A stretch of 64,000 nt of DNA from Dicyema japonicum (lineage: Eukaryota; Animalia; Dicyemida). Under the pieces are notes generated by a model. It made no database searches and was not told where the DNA came from. It worked only from the letters and a program-made list of their open reading frames with translations. Positions within the stretch are counted from its first letter, which is position 1; every line of letters starts with the position of its first letter. A program made the position numbers and the translations under genes. Positions 41,230 to 54,030 of the stretch are shown here, in pieces. The stretch spans positions 39,621 through 103,620 of the forward strand of contig RDEW01000068.1 in the NCBI GenBank assembly GCA_011109175.1, written 5' to 3'.

Positions 41230-41525
41230 TTGCAGGCTTCCGCTTCCGACGGGAGGTTGAGAAGTTAGTCTACCATCTTCCATTTTCGTGGCACGTCGTA
41301 CCGTCGCGGACATCACTTCATTCTTAGGATGAGTTTTCAAATGGTAATCTTAACCAGTGGATTTGCCCAGCTATAAGGTAGCAAGATCATAGCTAGATCA
41401 ACTGCATCGTGCTAGAAGGACTTGTTGCCTCACGGGTGGGATCTGTTTGATGAGAATTGACCTTCGCTGAACATTCCATCTTTCGGGTTCGAACACACGA
41501 CAGTCAAATTCGATGTTATCAGACT
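41230..41525 (-). repeat. Dispersed degenerate coding repeat (also 46200-46335 minus and 62585-62870 plus), possibly LINE ORF1
   Basis: Conserved frame QRRSIL(I/V)KQIPPVR with synonymous third-position changes between copies. Confidence 0.55.
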
Positions 41526-42008
41526 TTTAAATCTTTGTAAAGTTTTGGATCTCAATTTATGCTCCATACAGCTTCTGACGTAGATTTTAAAGCTTCAGGA
41601 TTGGAAACAGTGAGTCCGTAACTAATAGATGTTTACTGTAAAACCATGCAAATTAACCTGACAGATGTGACAATCGGAAAGCAAATAACCTGAAATATTA
41701 AGAGATGAAATGCTACAAAATATGTGAAGTACAAAGACATGAAAAGCTATATACAAAAACTACCAGACTAACAATTTTCTCACGTGTCTTTGCTTCTGTA
41801 TATAGGAAGATTTTGTTAACTCTTTACAATTATTCTCTCACACAGTATATTCCACAAATTATTTCACGATGTGCGTCAAGGAACACAGTCTCCAGTGTTT
41901 TCTTGAATATAGTTGCATTTATATAATTCTATCCACTGTCTTAGTACCCCTCCTTGTGGAATTTAGAAATGTTTTAAAACCACAAAAATAACAACATTAA
42001 ATGCTAAT

Positions 42009-42690
42009 TTGCTGTCTTATCACATTACAATTACCAGATCACATTTCGCCTACGTGGAAGTAGACAACTTTTCCGCAAGACTAATAGATAACCTAAAAAT
42101 TTCCTTCTCACCAGGTGGTAGCGGGGGTTTTATGGTTTCTGTCCTGGCATATCAGAGATCTTTTTTTATTTTAACTTTTGAGGCGGGAGCTCACCTTGTA
42201 TCATCGATAACCAAACTCGTAAACCTGTTTGCATCCGGGAAAACCCCTCCGATTGCCAAAGAATTCTTTTTTCTCCCCTATTGTTTCCCTTCACGGAACC
42301 TAGTGGCGGAGTCAGGCCTATTCCGTTGAAAACCTATTCCGAAGACTTACTTCAAAAATTTCGTGCTGGAATCTCATCGATGATCTGACTTCCCAACTGA
42401 AACGAGGGAAATGCTTGATTTGGGTACCGACACCAATTCCTTGTCGAGACTTCCTGGTTCCGCGTTGAAAGCTGGAAGGCCTGGGGACTTTCGAGAATTT
42501 TATAAAAAATACGATAACCTTTCCACCAGATTCATGTATATCCCGTTGTCGTCGAAACGAGCGGAGTCTTCCGGCCCAAGACGGTCACTTTTCTTAGATC
42601 GCTTGGGTCAATGATATGGAGCGTTAGGAAATCGAATGGTTGTTCCAAAGGATTTCTCTGGCACTTGTCAGGAGAAAAATCCATTCAATT
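42009..42690 (+). mobile_element. CRE-like remnant (internally deleted)
   Basis: SPGGSG, SGGVRP, KKYDNL..FMYIPL, SFGP..LFLDRLG. Confidence 0.6.
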
Positions 42691-44930
42691 TAATCAGTTA
42701 TATTACTTTAGTTGTCTTGTTACGTAATTAATTGCTTTTGACAAAAAAAGATTGCTGGAATTCAATGCAAACTTAAAAAAGGAAGGCTTTTAAGAAAAGC
42801 ATGAAATATATAACTAAAACAGCGGAAATCCGAGTAAATACGACTATCCAGAGTGAGTTCAGTGTAATAAACATGATTTATTCTATTTAACTAAATTATG
42901 AATAAAATATAGCTTGTTGATGTAGGGGTTAGTTTTCAGAATATTTTAACTTTGTTAAGAAAAAAAATTGCAAAAATACGACCAATTGGCTAGTGAACTA
43001 GAAATAACTACAAAGTTAAAGTGATATTTTTCAATTCGTTTAAACCTGGACCTGTTCTTCCAAAAAGTACGTGAAAATATTTTCCAGTGATCTATGTTAT
43101 CGTAAAAGGCAACGCTACGTAAATTATGTCGGGGGACTTATGTCAGGCAATTTAAATACTCAAACTCAGTAAATCTGCATTGCAAGCGCATTGAGTATAA
43201 ATACGGTTTCCAATCGAATCATCAGGGTTAGTAAATTCTGTGTGGGGAACAGAGAGTCTGCTGTAACATATGAGAATGAATTTAGACAAAAGGGGGAGAA
43301 CTATCATAACTCTTAACTCAAACTCAAATAGAAACCTATACATTTTAGATCAGCGTTTCTCATAATTTAATTACGGATTTTTTAATTTTGATATTTTTAC
43401 AAATAAATTTATTTTAAATAATTTAAATAACGAAACGTGCAACTTTGATTTAGTTTGTTAGTAGATTGTCGTTATCTGGAGACAAGTTCTGGAACGAGTC
43501 AGGATCAAGGAGTAAGTCAGTTTGGTTACCCTTTGTCATTGGAATTGTATAGTAATGAAGCCATCTGGCTTATTAGTACACGAAAAACGCAAACATCCAA
43601 TCAATAGGAAAAGATATTGAATTTTTTAAAACCTGAAGCGAAACTATAAAAAGGATAAAAATAACTTGATTAAAAAAACTTACAAGTCTAGTGTATTCAT
43701 ATAGTGTTGCAGAAATAATCGCCAATACTGGTTTCTTTATTTTAATTTATGTAGGTAATCCTCACTCGATTCCTGCGAGAGTTGTACTTCCCTTTGTGGA
43801 ATTGTTCACAAATCATTTTCTGAGAGGGAATCATCCGAATTATTACAAGAATATTCAATTTAGTACAACATAATGCCAAGAAGAATTGACAAGATGTCTG
43901 AAGATCTCGAATATACCTTAATTATTAAGAACTGATTGAATTAAAAATGAAAATTAAAAATTCTATTAAAAACGAAACATTTTTCATTTTTGGGCGTCTA
44001 ATTTGATCAAACTCGATTCCCGAAATAAATAGACTCACAAACAAAAGAAAAAAACTAAAAGCCATGAACATTTTTTATTCCTTGGGTTAATTTCCTTGGA
44101 TTAATTAAAATACTCTTCTTATTTTTTTAAAACCAAATTTAAAAACTAAGTTAACAACTACTGGCTATCTCATAATTGAGAACGCATTTACCTCGAATAT
44201 TTACAAGTAAATTATTGTTAAGTGCGAGTTCAGAGTTGATCCTAGTGATAGAATCCCAAATATCGAGTATCTGTAAACCTTCACCAAGGTCAAGTTCCAC
44301 ATTAACAATTTTTTAAAATAAAAATACTAATTAATTTCAGCAGGGGGTGAATTAAAAAATGTTTAAGAAACACTGACTTGTACTAAATTGTATTCGAGAT
44401 TGCATTCCAATGTCTGTTTTTTAACGTGGGTTCCGAACTACCCATTGACTTCCACAAACTAGACAACTTGTCTCAATTTATTTCAGAAGGATTCAACACG
44501 CTAAAACCACATTTAAAAATGTTCTTGTTTCTCTTGACATAAGATAGCATTCATTCTCAAGAAAGTCTCTAACGAAAAATATTTATATAATTTTATATCC
44601 CCCACTGTAAGAAATTTTGATTGGACAACAATAGAACATGGTGATGGCAGTTAATCTCCCTAGATACAAGATAAACACATGTCCTTTCTAGAGAGCCATC
44701 CAGGATTCTGGTCCACGTCGGATAAGACCACCTCTTTGTCGGTCTGGAGTCACTTAGTTGTAACTTTCACTCTGTCTTTTTAACCCGGTAATCCTGGGGG
44801 TAATAATAATAACTCAAATGTTATTAGTGTTTAACGTTAAATTGAAAACTATCTTATAAAATACACTTTCCCACAATAAACGAGTTTTAATTCACTTAAA
44901 ATTCTTATCAATTAACAAAAATAAGAAATA

Positions 44931-45563
44931 TGTCACAAACAGTTCCGATTCCCGAGCGCTAAGAGTTACCTAATGCTCGGATTAGAATTTGAAACGTATC
45001 AAAAAATAATTAAAAATCCATAATTTTTACATAATCTTATTTTTAAATTTTTTTTTTTTAATAATTATTTAAAATTTATTAACAATAAAATATTATTTAT
45101 TAACTATGGGGAAGAGCGGCTGCTGACATCACGGAGTAAGCGTTTCCGCGAATAACTGCGATACCAATTCTTTGCCTCAGCCAGACCGCTTCCCGCACGT
45201 CTTTCTTGCGGTGGGCCAATTTTCCCCCGATTTCCTTTAGGAAAGAGGCTGTAATACTTCCAGCCGCACCAGACGTCTCGATTGCTACCGGTACAAAACG
45301 GTAGCGGTCTCCAATTTCGCCATATTTTTTAATCTTGATTTTTTCGGCCAGATCGGCTGCCGATATTTTTAAATTAACATAAAAACTTTTTCCTAATATC
45401 AAATATCTGTGTTTAGAAATTATAAAATTTCATAAAAAATTCTTACCATTGGTTCAAGTTTGATCAAATAATGTATTTTAATATAACAAATTAATTTTTT
45501 TTGATTTTTTATAAGTCCACTAGGGTAACGCGTAGCGCTCAGTAATCGGTAATACCTGTGACA
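44931..45563. mobile_element. Non-autonomous TGT...ACA element (Ginger-type MITE) with imperfect roughly 45-bp TIRs
   Basis: TGTCACA..CCGATT.C.GAGCGCTA.G.GTTACC at 44931 and its inverse ending at 45563. No matching TSD seen. Confidence 0.6.
45100..45365 (-). mobile_element. CRE-like 3' fragment nested in the MITE
   Basis: KKYGEIGDRYRFVPVAIETSG..WLRQRIGIAVIRGNA. Confidence 0.8.
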
Positions 45564-47299
45564 GGATATTCTCCATGTGAGCTCCTAAACAATATATTCT
45601 TAGATATTTTTAAAGGGATTTTTGTTTTTTAGATAACGGCAACCACTTACCAGCAACAAAATCAATACAATACACTTTCTTAAATTTGCCACTTTTTATT
45701 GTAATTATTGTAATTTTCTTTTTTAAATGATATTTTCCAATTCTGAATTTTGCCACAATTTTTGAAAATTATTTCTATTTTTAAATATTTAAACAATTAC
45801 AAGCAAAGTATGGGTCGGACTGTTTCTGTTGAAGGTTACACAGAAAATCGAAATATTGACCTATAGAGTTGATAATATGTCGCAAGCGCTGAGAGTGATC
45901 GAGCGCTGAGCGTGATCCATCAATGTCAAAAATAAAAATAATATATTATATCAAAGTTGGCAAATTTACAAAAGTGCTAATTGAAGAATATCATATTTGC
46001 CAAACAAAATTGAGTTGCTTTCCGGTTCAAATCTCTAAGCTTCATTCCGGCTGAAAGTTCCACACGTCTACAATGTTTTCTGACTTAAAAAGTGACCCGT
46101 CATCAGTGATGCCTCACCGCCAAAGCATATTGTCTATTGGGACTTATGTATTAAGTCAGATTTGACGGTAGGACTGTTCGAATCTCGTTGCTGTATACAC
46201 TCCCATTAATGGATACTTCATTTCGAAACCGAACTCGTCGCCTCACAGATGGGATCTGTTCGACGAAAATTGACTATCTCTGAAAAGTCAATTGTTCGTA
46301 TTCGAACACACGGCTGTCAGATCCTATGTCCCCAAACGTTAGCAAAGAAAGCATCTTAAATATAAACAGTCAAACCGTAGACGACAGCATTAGGATGAGC
46401 GTACCGAAGAATAATTAATTTAATAAAATAATTAAAAATAGCTTTATTAACAATTTATAGTGTATTTCATTGAAGTTTTAGTTTCTTAGACATGGATTGC
46501 TTACTTGACTTGGAATTTTTTCCGTTTAAATTACTGCGTTTTACCGCTTCGATGTTTTTGTTATTCTCAAGGGTATCGAACATAGCAGTGGAAGACCTTA
46601 AAGTCTTATCAATTCCCTTCTCAATGCGAGACTTCTCCCGCTTGCCAGTTTCCACTTTACCGAGCTTCTTGAGCCTGTGACGCTGAAAAATTTTCTTTTT
46701 CCTGCGTTCCCGTTTCTTATCAGATTCCGTTCTTTCGTCCTTTCCAAGAATTAAACCACATTTTCGTTTGTCCTGCAAAACCGTAAACCAATAACACCAC
46801 CGTGATCTCTTCTGGAGCAAGGACCCCAGCCTGAGCAGACTGAGCTGTAGGGACGTTCTCCTCCGAGTACAAGGCAGCCAAATTGTTTACGATAACAGCG
46901 TCCGGCTGAGTCTATCGAACATTTACAAGGAAACTCACACTGGCGGGGGAATAGTGGAAGCTGGAGAACGATTTCAGCTTGTAGAAGAGGGAATTAAGAG
47001 AGGACCAAATTTCAGAATGTAGTTTCTCCAGTCTCCGATCTGCTTCAACTTTGGCGAGATTCTACATGAACTCAAATATAAAACCGACGAATTAGCGTGT
47101 GACTCCTCGTAGATACCATCTCCTCAAAGTCCGCTTGCTCATCGTTTTCCTCAGAATTTTTTTCCTCCGTCAAATCTCCGCAGAAAAGTCAAGTTCAATC
47201 TGATCTTCCTCAAAAAAATCCTTGTATGTTTTATGCCTTCTTATGACTTCTTCCACGGAATCGGACTCTTTTTCGTCTACTGGTTGAGGTTCCGTTGAC

Positions 47300-48292
47300 T
47301 TTGCGGTAAAAAAGGGACGAGTTGTTTATAAATGAAAGGGAAGGCAAAAATTCTCTGTTAGTAAGCTCGATTTGCTTCTTTATTTGTTCGTTGTCGAGTC
47401 CGCTGATATACAAGTCTTTTGGAAGACGTTTTAAGTTAGGGATGTTTGTTTTGTGGAAATTCTTGTATAAGGTTTTCAGTTCATTCCTGCGGTCCAGACG
47501 GAATTCATGCAATGGTTCTGAAAAACATTTGCCCTTGTGCTATATCATGGCCCTCACCAAAATTTTCAACTTTTCAATCAACAAAAATTGTATTTCTTCC
47601 ATATGGAAGCTATCAAATATACGACCAATTCTGAAACCCGGGCGACGAAAGGGATCACCAGCCTCTGATGCCTTTGGGATATCTTGATCGTGGGATCCGA
47701 CTAATAGGTCATCAGCATATGATAGGAGGAAATTGTCTTTATTATCGGGTTGTGGTAAATCGGACATGCATAAGTGGAACCTTGTGGGACACCATTGGGT
47801 AGTAATCTTGAAATTGATTTGGTCCCATCCATGTATACCCGGGCCCTTCTTCCATTTATGAAGTTAACAAGCCAAAGTTTTATATTGGGGTTGACGGGGA
47901 GGGCAAACAATTTTCGGGTTAGGATTTTCCTTGAGACAGAATCGAAGGCCTTTTGTAAATCGATAGAGCAAACGACTGTTTTGAGGTTACAAGGATTTGT
48001 GTTAAAGCCTTCAATGATAAATTGGTTGAGGGAAGCTAGGTGGGTAGAAGTTGAATGACCCCTTCTGAAATCAATTTTTCCAATAATTTTGATAAGGTGC
48101 ATAGTTAAGATATTTGTTGAAATGATGCAGGATTTTCCATAGGCTTCCCAGGCTTAAGGATTGGGGTATATATGACAGTATGCAGATAGTTGGAATTGTA
48201 TTCATGTTTAGTGAATAGTTGAAAATCACTGTGATTGCATCAATCGCAATAGCTCCAAGGTGTTCTCTCGGAAGTGCATGTGTATAAATCAC
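47300..48292. mobile_element. Two convergent Jockey/I-like RT fragments (about 47300-47670 plus; about 47680-48292 minus)
   Basis: SCGPDGI and WKLSNIRPILKPG on plus; FRRGHST, DLQKAFD, GVPQGS, YADD on minus. Confidence 0.75.
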
Positions 48293-48739
48293 TCAGTTTA
48301 AATTGAATATTTGCTTATTCTCGATATTAAACGGATTTCATACGAACGATCCTTACTTAGCGAAGTTGACTCCACTATGATATCAAATGGAATAATTTTA
48401 TAGAAAATTACATAACTTTTTTCCGGGTATATTTTCTGTGTACATGGAAAAGTCGGTTCGAAGATAGCCAACCCTCCAGGTCGTTTAGATGTGACTGAAG
48501 TTCTGATTTCGCCATATCCACGGATCTGTTTCTGCTTGAAATAATTAAATCGTTAGCATATGTTAGAAGCATTGAATCAGGTCCTCCATGGCGAGGTAAT
48601 TCTTGTAAGAATAACTTAAAAACGCTGGAGAAAAGGGCAAGCCTTGAGGGAGGCTATTCGGGAGGAGACAATATCTCAGCCTATATACACACGTCAACTT
48701 GGCGCAATTTAGAGGTTTTAATTTAAAGTAGTAATATTT

Positions 48740-49208
48740 TTATTTATTAATTTTTAGTAATTTTAATAAAATTGTAATTTTTTCTTGAATTTTATTTTTT
48801 CTATTAATAAAATAAGGCCATACATGCGTTCTTTGAATGTCTCAAAGTAAATTTTGTCCCTTTCGGATTCGTTCTCTCCGTATATTCCGATGGTTTGAAG
48901 AGCTTTGGATGTAATAAAGGAAAACCTTCACAATACTGGTTTTTGTTGATCCACCCTTTCTTTTCGTGATCCAGCATTCTGAACATGGCTTCGATGTTAG
49001 TTTCTGTGAAAAACACGGGAAATTGGTTTGGTTTTGCCACATATTCTTTCAATTTCATTAAATATGACTTTACGTAGTTTGCCAAGTCAACTATCATTGT
49101 TACATCAAATATACCGGGTTTCTCCACAAGAATCTGACTCACAATCTCGTGGAATAGTTCCTTTATTTTGTATTCCTTTATGTACTCGTCGGCTTCTTCT
49201 ACTGACAT
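48740..49208 (-). CDS. EFCAB10: EFCAB10-like protein (RIIa/Dpy-30-type docking domain plus EF-hand), 3 micro-introns
   Basis: EADEYIKEYKIKELFHEIVSQILVEKP..FTETNIEAMFRMLDHEKKGWINKNQYCEALQTIG; introns of 24, 23 and 23 nt. Confidence 0.75.
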
Positions 49209-49221
49209 GTTGCTAGGATAC
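49209..49221. promoter_or_regulatory. RFX X-box GTATCCTAGCAAC (minus strand) abutting the ATG
   Basis: 13-bp X-box form directly before ATG 49208 of a cilia-associated gene. Confidence 0.65.
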
Positions 49222-49902
49222 AATTTACTTATTTTTAAATTAACATATTAGAATTTCTCAGATTTGATAAATCAATTGGCTACCTTCTGCCTACACAGGT
49301 CGGTCCCAGATGTACTTTACTTACACGAGGAGTCCTGTGTCTCGCGGCAAGTAAAGATATATTGTTTTCCATCCAGAGAGCACTCATATGGCCCTTGGGA
49401 GTAACGATTCTGAAGTACTAATGTCAAGAGGTTAGAATATTTTACAACAATACAGGGTCAAGACATGCATCCTCATCAACAACTTGTTTTTTTAACCGTG
49501 TCTTTATGAGGTATGCCAGTCTTAGGCGGATTCCAATCTCGGAATAAAAAAATAAAGTCTCAATGATTTATCTTTAACGATTTCCTACGTTTTACACATA
49601 TTGATTTCCCCCTTTTCTCGGTTATTTAATCTTTTCTCGATAAGTTGTCGCTTGTGATTACAGAAAATCGATGTGAGTTAACTGAGTGATCCTTGACTGA
49701 CAGGAGGAGGTTGGTATCTTGAATTGCTTTTCATAAGGGATTTCAGTCATTTCGTATATTGAGTGTTTTTCAAAGTATTTGATGAAGGAGTTGATAAGGA
49801 AGTTGCTTGCTAGTTCGGTCACCCTTACGAATTTTCGTTGTCGCTCGAGTAGAGGTGCTCAAGAATAACAAACTCGGATTAGGACAGAAGACTCTGTTGG
49901 TG

Positions 49903-49916
49903 GTTTCCTAGGCAAC
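49903..49916. promoter_or_regulatory. X-box-like GTTTCCTAGGCAAC
   Basis: Good consensus match; target gene unclear. Confidence 0.4.
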
Positions 49917-50135
49917 ATATTCAAGAAATAATAATCATTGATAGTGCCTACTGTCGCCGATACGACCAATCTTCACGCCCGAGATTCATCGACAGAAGGA
50001 AAGAACCTACGAATGTTCTCCACCCATAGCTGGGTGGACAAAGAAACGGTGCAAAATATTCAGCCTAAAAAATAACCCTACAGTCATCCAATGACAACAC
50101 AATTAGTAAAAATATAAAAATCTTTAAAATAAGCA

Positions 50136-51901
50136 TTATTCATCAGAGAGCACTTCACCGTGGGCTTTGTGCTGCCCGTCATAAACAATAAACTTTGCCC
50201 CCACGTGTATCGCCTCATTGAAATTACAAAACTTAAAAACAAAGACCTCCCACATTCGAACTACAAATTAACTAAAATCCCCACCGACTCTTTCAGTTCT
50301 TCCAGCAAAGCAGTCTGTCTGATCCCCTCCATGAAAATAGTCGAGATATCTCCCACTTTGAGAGTAGAAGAGCTCTTCAGAGTAAAGACTCGACCCACAA
50401 ACTTTTTCCTACATAAAACCAGGATCTTGAAGCCACCAAACTTGTCCCTGGTCACTTAAATCATAAGACAACTATTCTGGGGACACACAAGATGAATCGA
50501 TAAAAGCGATTGAAATTCGTGACTTTACAGCGGTCAGAGTAGAACAGGGAAACTTCCACCTATGAAGACTGTCGACGGATATTTGTAGGAATTCCCCATC
50601 ATCAAGGGGACCTAGCAATAGTACTTGTCCAACGCTGATTGTTCCCCTGACAATATTTTTAACAAAAACCTCTTCAAAGTCCCTCCAACAATAATTTTGT
50701 TTTTATTATTATTAAATATTCTGATTATCTAAAATTCAAATATTTAATAAACTCTGAATTCGCATTCTTCTGGTCTACTAGGGGACGGGGTGGGAATTTC
50801 AATCCCGACAGAAATCCGTGATCAGTCTACGTTACTTCCAGTTAAAAGAGAGATTCCAATCAATGGAATACTTCCATGATATTACAGGAGTACCAATTTG
50901 ATTCCAATGTAGAAACAAGGTCCGCCTTCGCATTAACTATCTTCCAATTTTCCCGCCTATTCTTCCTGCTTCATTAATTTGCTCCAAAATCTGCTCCAAT
51001 TTGATCTCGGAATTTTCCGCTGTCATGTTGTCGGTTTTGTTAAGCACAACGACTGTTGGGAGATCGAAAGCGACATAAATAGACAGGTAGTCCTCAACCG
51101 AAAGGCCTTAGGTTAGTCGCATTCCTTACCGCTGGTCTCGTTCTGTGAACTACAAGAATGCCAAATTCTGGGTGATTCGCAGTTAGACCTCCGAGAGCTG
51201 TTCGCAAGAATTTCTTGTTCCCCGGCAGATCGAGGATCGCCACGAGTCTTTCGGCATCTGGAACAAATCTCTGTTAAATCCCTGGTGTACTATCTGAAAT
51301 TAAGAACCCTTAAACCTCATCATCTTTGTTAAGTCCAATAATGATGGGTGAGGTAGTCGAAGTCATACCAGAGTTTAACTCGTGGTAATGTGTCAGCAAT
51401 GATATCCTTGCTAATCCTGACCGTCGTCCAGTTTTCCGTTGTCGAGGAAACCCACAAGGTTGACTTTCCCGCGTTTGATTTTCCCACCACGGCAATTCTT
51501 ATCTCGGGTCTCTTCCATAAGAGTAAAAAAAACCGTCGCAATCCCTACCTGTTCTTTGATGATAGTTACTTCAACGTGGTCCTTAAGTTTGGAGACATCA
51601 GCCTTAGCTCCAGCTTAGAGGCCATCAGTAGCACGTGATCGATCGAGGACTGCATCTCCTTCTCCGTTATATTAGCCACTGAGCCGTCGTCGTTGATTCC
51701 AAGGAGGTAGATAGCTTTTCCGTCGCCCTGGCTTAATCTGTAGTTCATTTGGGTGACGAGACGTTCCAGGCGGCGTTGAGAAGGACCGGAGATCATCCTC
51801 TAAGAGTGAGGAAAATTCATACCTTGTACTCAATGTTACCCTCGTCTGACTAAAATAGTTATTTATAAATACTTCAGTGGATATGGATTACCCTTGCTCA
51901 T
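50136..51901 (-). CDS. GTPBP1/GTPBP2-family translational GTPase, multiple micro-introns
   Basis: DEGNIEYK, LVTQMNYRLSQGDGKAIYLLGINDDG, RIAVVGKSNAGKSTL, HELNSGMTS, DLPG, NKTD, GIRQTA. Several frameshifts. Confidence 0.88.
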
Positions 51902-52667
51902 AAATAATGTAAAATTAAATAATTGTTAAATTTATTATTATTATTTAATTAATTTAATAATTTTTAAATATTTATATATTAGTTTATTATTTAATTTATT
52001 AAATTAATCTTGATTATTTCTGTTTGCTGTTAATTCTTTAATAAAATCAGGACAATTTTTATACACCAAAATCAAAATTCCAATTTCAAATTTGTCCCCA
52101 AGCAGTCAGGTTCACTAATATGTGACGTAAAAAATTAAAGATAGTCATAATAAAATGTTAATAATCAATTTTTATTGCATCATTTAATAATTATTCACTT
52201 TTTAGTAATATTTATCATAAGTGTACTTTAAGATAACCATGATCAATGGAATCTGAAAACAGTAGGTCGTTGGTCGTACCGCAGCCACCAGGCAACCTAT
52301 TTGGTGGTTGTTTCGTAAGGGTCTGTTTCGCTAAAAATGTGAGCAGTTTTCTCTACGAGTTGATGACCTACATAAAAACTTAAAATTTTTGGTTGTTGCT
52401 TTTCTGTTAGCTACCAGTTTCCTTCACTTGAACGATTGGCCTTAAGATTGGTTTAGAGCCTTTATGTCTTTACCTTTCGTCCTCTTCCTATTTGTGTGCG
52501 TTGATTATATGACTGATTCAGAAAACATTTTTGAACTAAAAAGTGTTGATTTGGATAAGGTTATTGCAACTTTTCGTAGTAAGAGTGTTGCAGGAATTCA
52601 TGTTTAAATTAGAGTGACATCATTTTATTAATTCACTTTTCGTGTAATTATTTTACAAAGTTGAAGA

Positions 52668-52758
52668 ATTCTCATTTTGATTGGCACTATTCTCATATTG
52701 AACGACACTTCTCATATTGATTGGCACTATTCTCATATTGAACGACACTATTCTCATT
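52668..52758. repeat. Alternating roughly 20-bp tandem repeat (ABAB)
   Basis: TTCTCATATTGATTGGCACTA alternating with TTCTCATATTGAACGACAC. Confidence 0.85.
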
Positions 52759-54030
52759 GAATGGGAAATGGTATAGTTTTGTCGATCAATAAATAAGATT
52801 TGAATTTGCTTCCACATAACAGATATGTGTTTTTTAGATATCATTCGAACTTCGGGACGATAAATTCTTCATTTTTCTGATGGTGAAGAATAATTTTTCA
52901 TTAACATTTAACCCTTCCTTTATGGCCTATGCGATTGTCCAGATCTTCGAAATAGGCTTTACGGCGAATATTCACATAAATTTCATAAGATCCCTAAAAT
53001 TAATCTAGGTCATGTTGACCGTTTAGTATGGAAAAACTTCCTGGCCTATTACTTAATTTCCATTTACTACTGGTATGCTAATCATGACTTATTTTAGAAC
53101 GACTTATATACGTTCTTTGTTGTCTTGCAACGTTCCTGTGAATTTTTATTTAGTGACATCAGTCGGGTGTCTGTCGAAGACTTTAATTAGTTTTTTCTTA
53201 TGAAAGCGCGTGTCTCTATGTCAAAAGAATGCAAATGGTTTTAAATCGACCAATTGGAATAAATTTTGTGAGAACAGGTGGTATTGTCTCATTGAAGTTT
53301 CTGACGGCAGAGTCGATTGAAGGGAAACTTCAGAATGATTGAGTTGTGGTCGGTAAGTAAGCCTTATATACAAGAGATGACAGACGCAAAAGAAGGCACA
53401 GTAAAGGAAATATCCTGTGAGGTGGATAAGTCACCATGTCGGATCCTTGTATGTTTACTTGGATCATCGAGGTAATCAACTCGTCAATGGTGTCTGATGC
53501 GAGAGATTCACTAAAGTCCAGTTGTAGCTTAGCACACTAGAGAGGATTCTTTGAGTTAGGGAATTTTCGATTCGGGTGAAGCGGGTGAGATCAGGCGAAG
53601 AGATAACTATGGATGTTTACAATTTTCATTCAGTGACAGAAGGCGGATATTGAATGTTAGTTGTTCAGAGGAAAGAGTGCTTATATGATATCCAAGATGT
53701 CGTCGAAAATGAAATAAGAACTCTTCTCTTCTAATTCTGACTTTATCTTGGTTGGAGAACTGAACTCGATAACGTAAGCTTTGGTTGTTTGACGCCAACC
53801 AAGATTGAAGACTGTCAACAATTATTAACTTTGAACTGAAACACTACTTTCCGAGTGTTGAGGGAAAACTGGTGTCTTTCCATCTTCTCCTTCATAGAGC
53901 CTGCGAAAGCCCCAGTTATCTTGCAGGTAATTAGAAATAGCTACATTCCCCGGATATTGTAACTAAACCTAAAAGTTAAAAAACCTCCCATATTTGTAGC
54001 TTTGGTGCTGAATGTGTAAACTGGAAGAAT

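Noticed and set aside
14000-47687. Antisense ORFs in the track (e.g. 14000-14437, 18863-19078, 34347-34607, 35279-35524)
   Set aside because: They are shadows of transposon coding sequence on the opposite strand.
449-51901. Alternative genetic code (stop reassignment)
   Set aside because: In-frame stops fall within removable introns or follow frameshifts, Trp is encoded by TGG, and the well-identified genes end at TAA or TAG.
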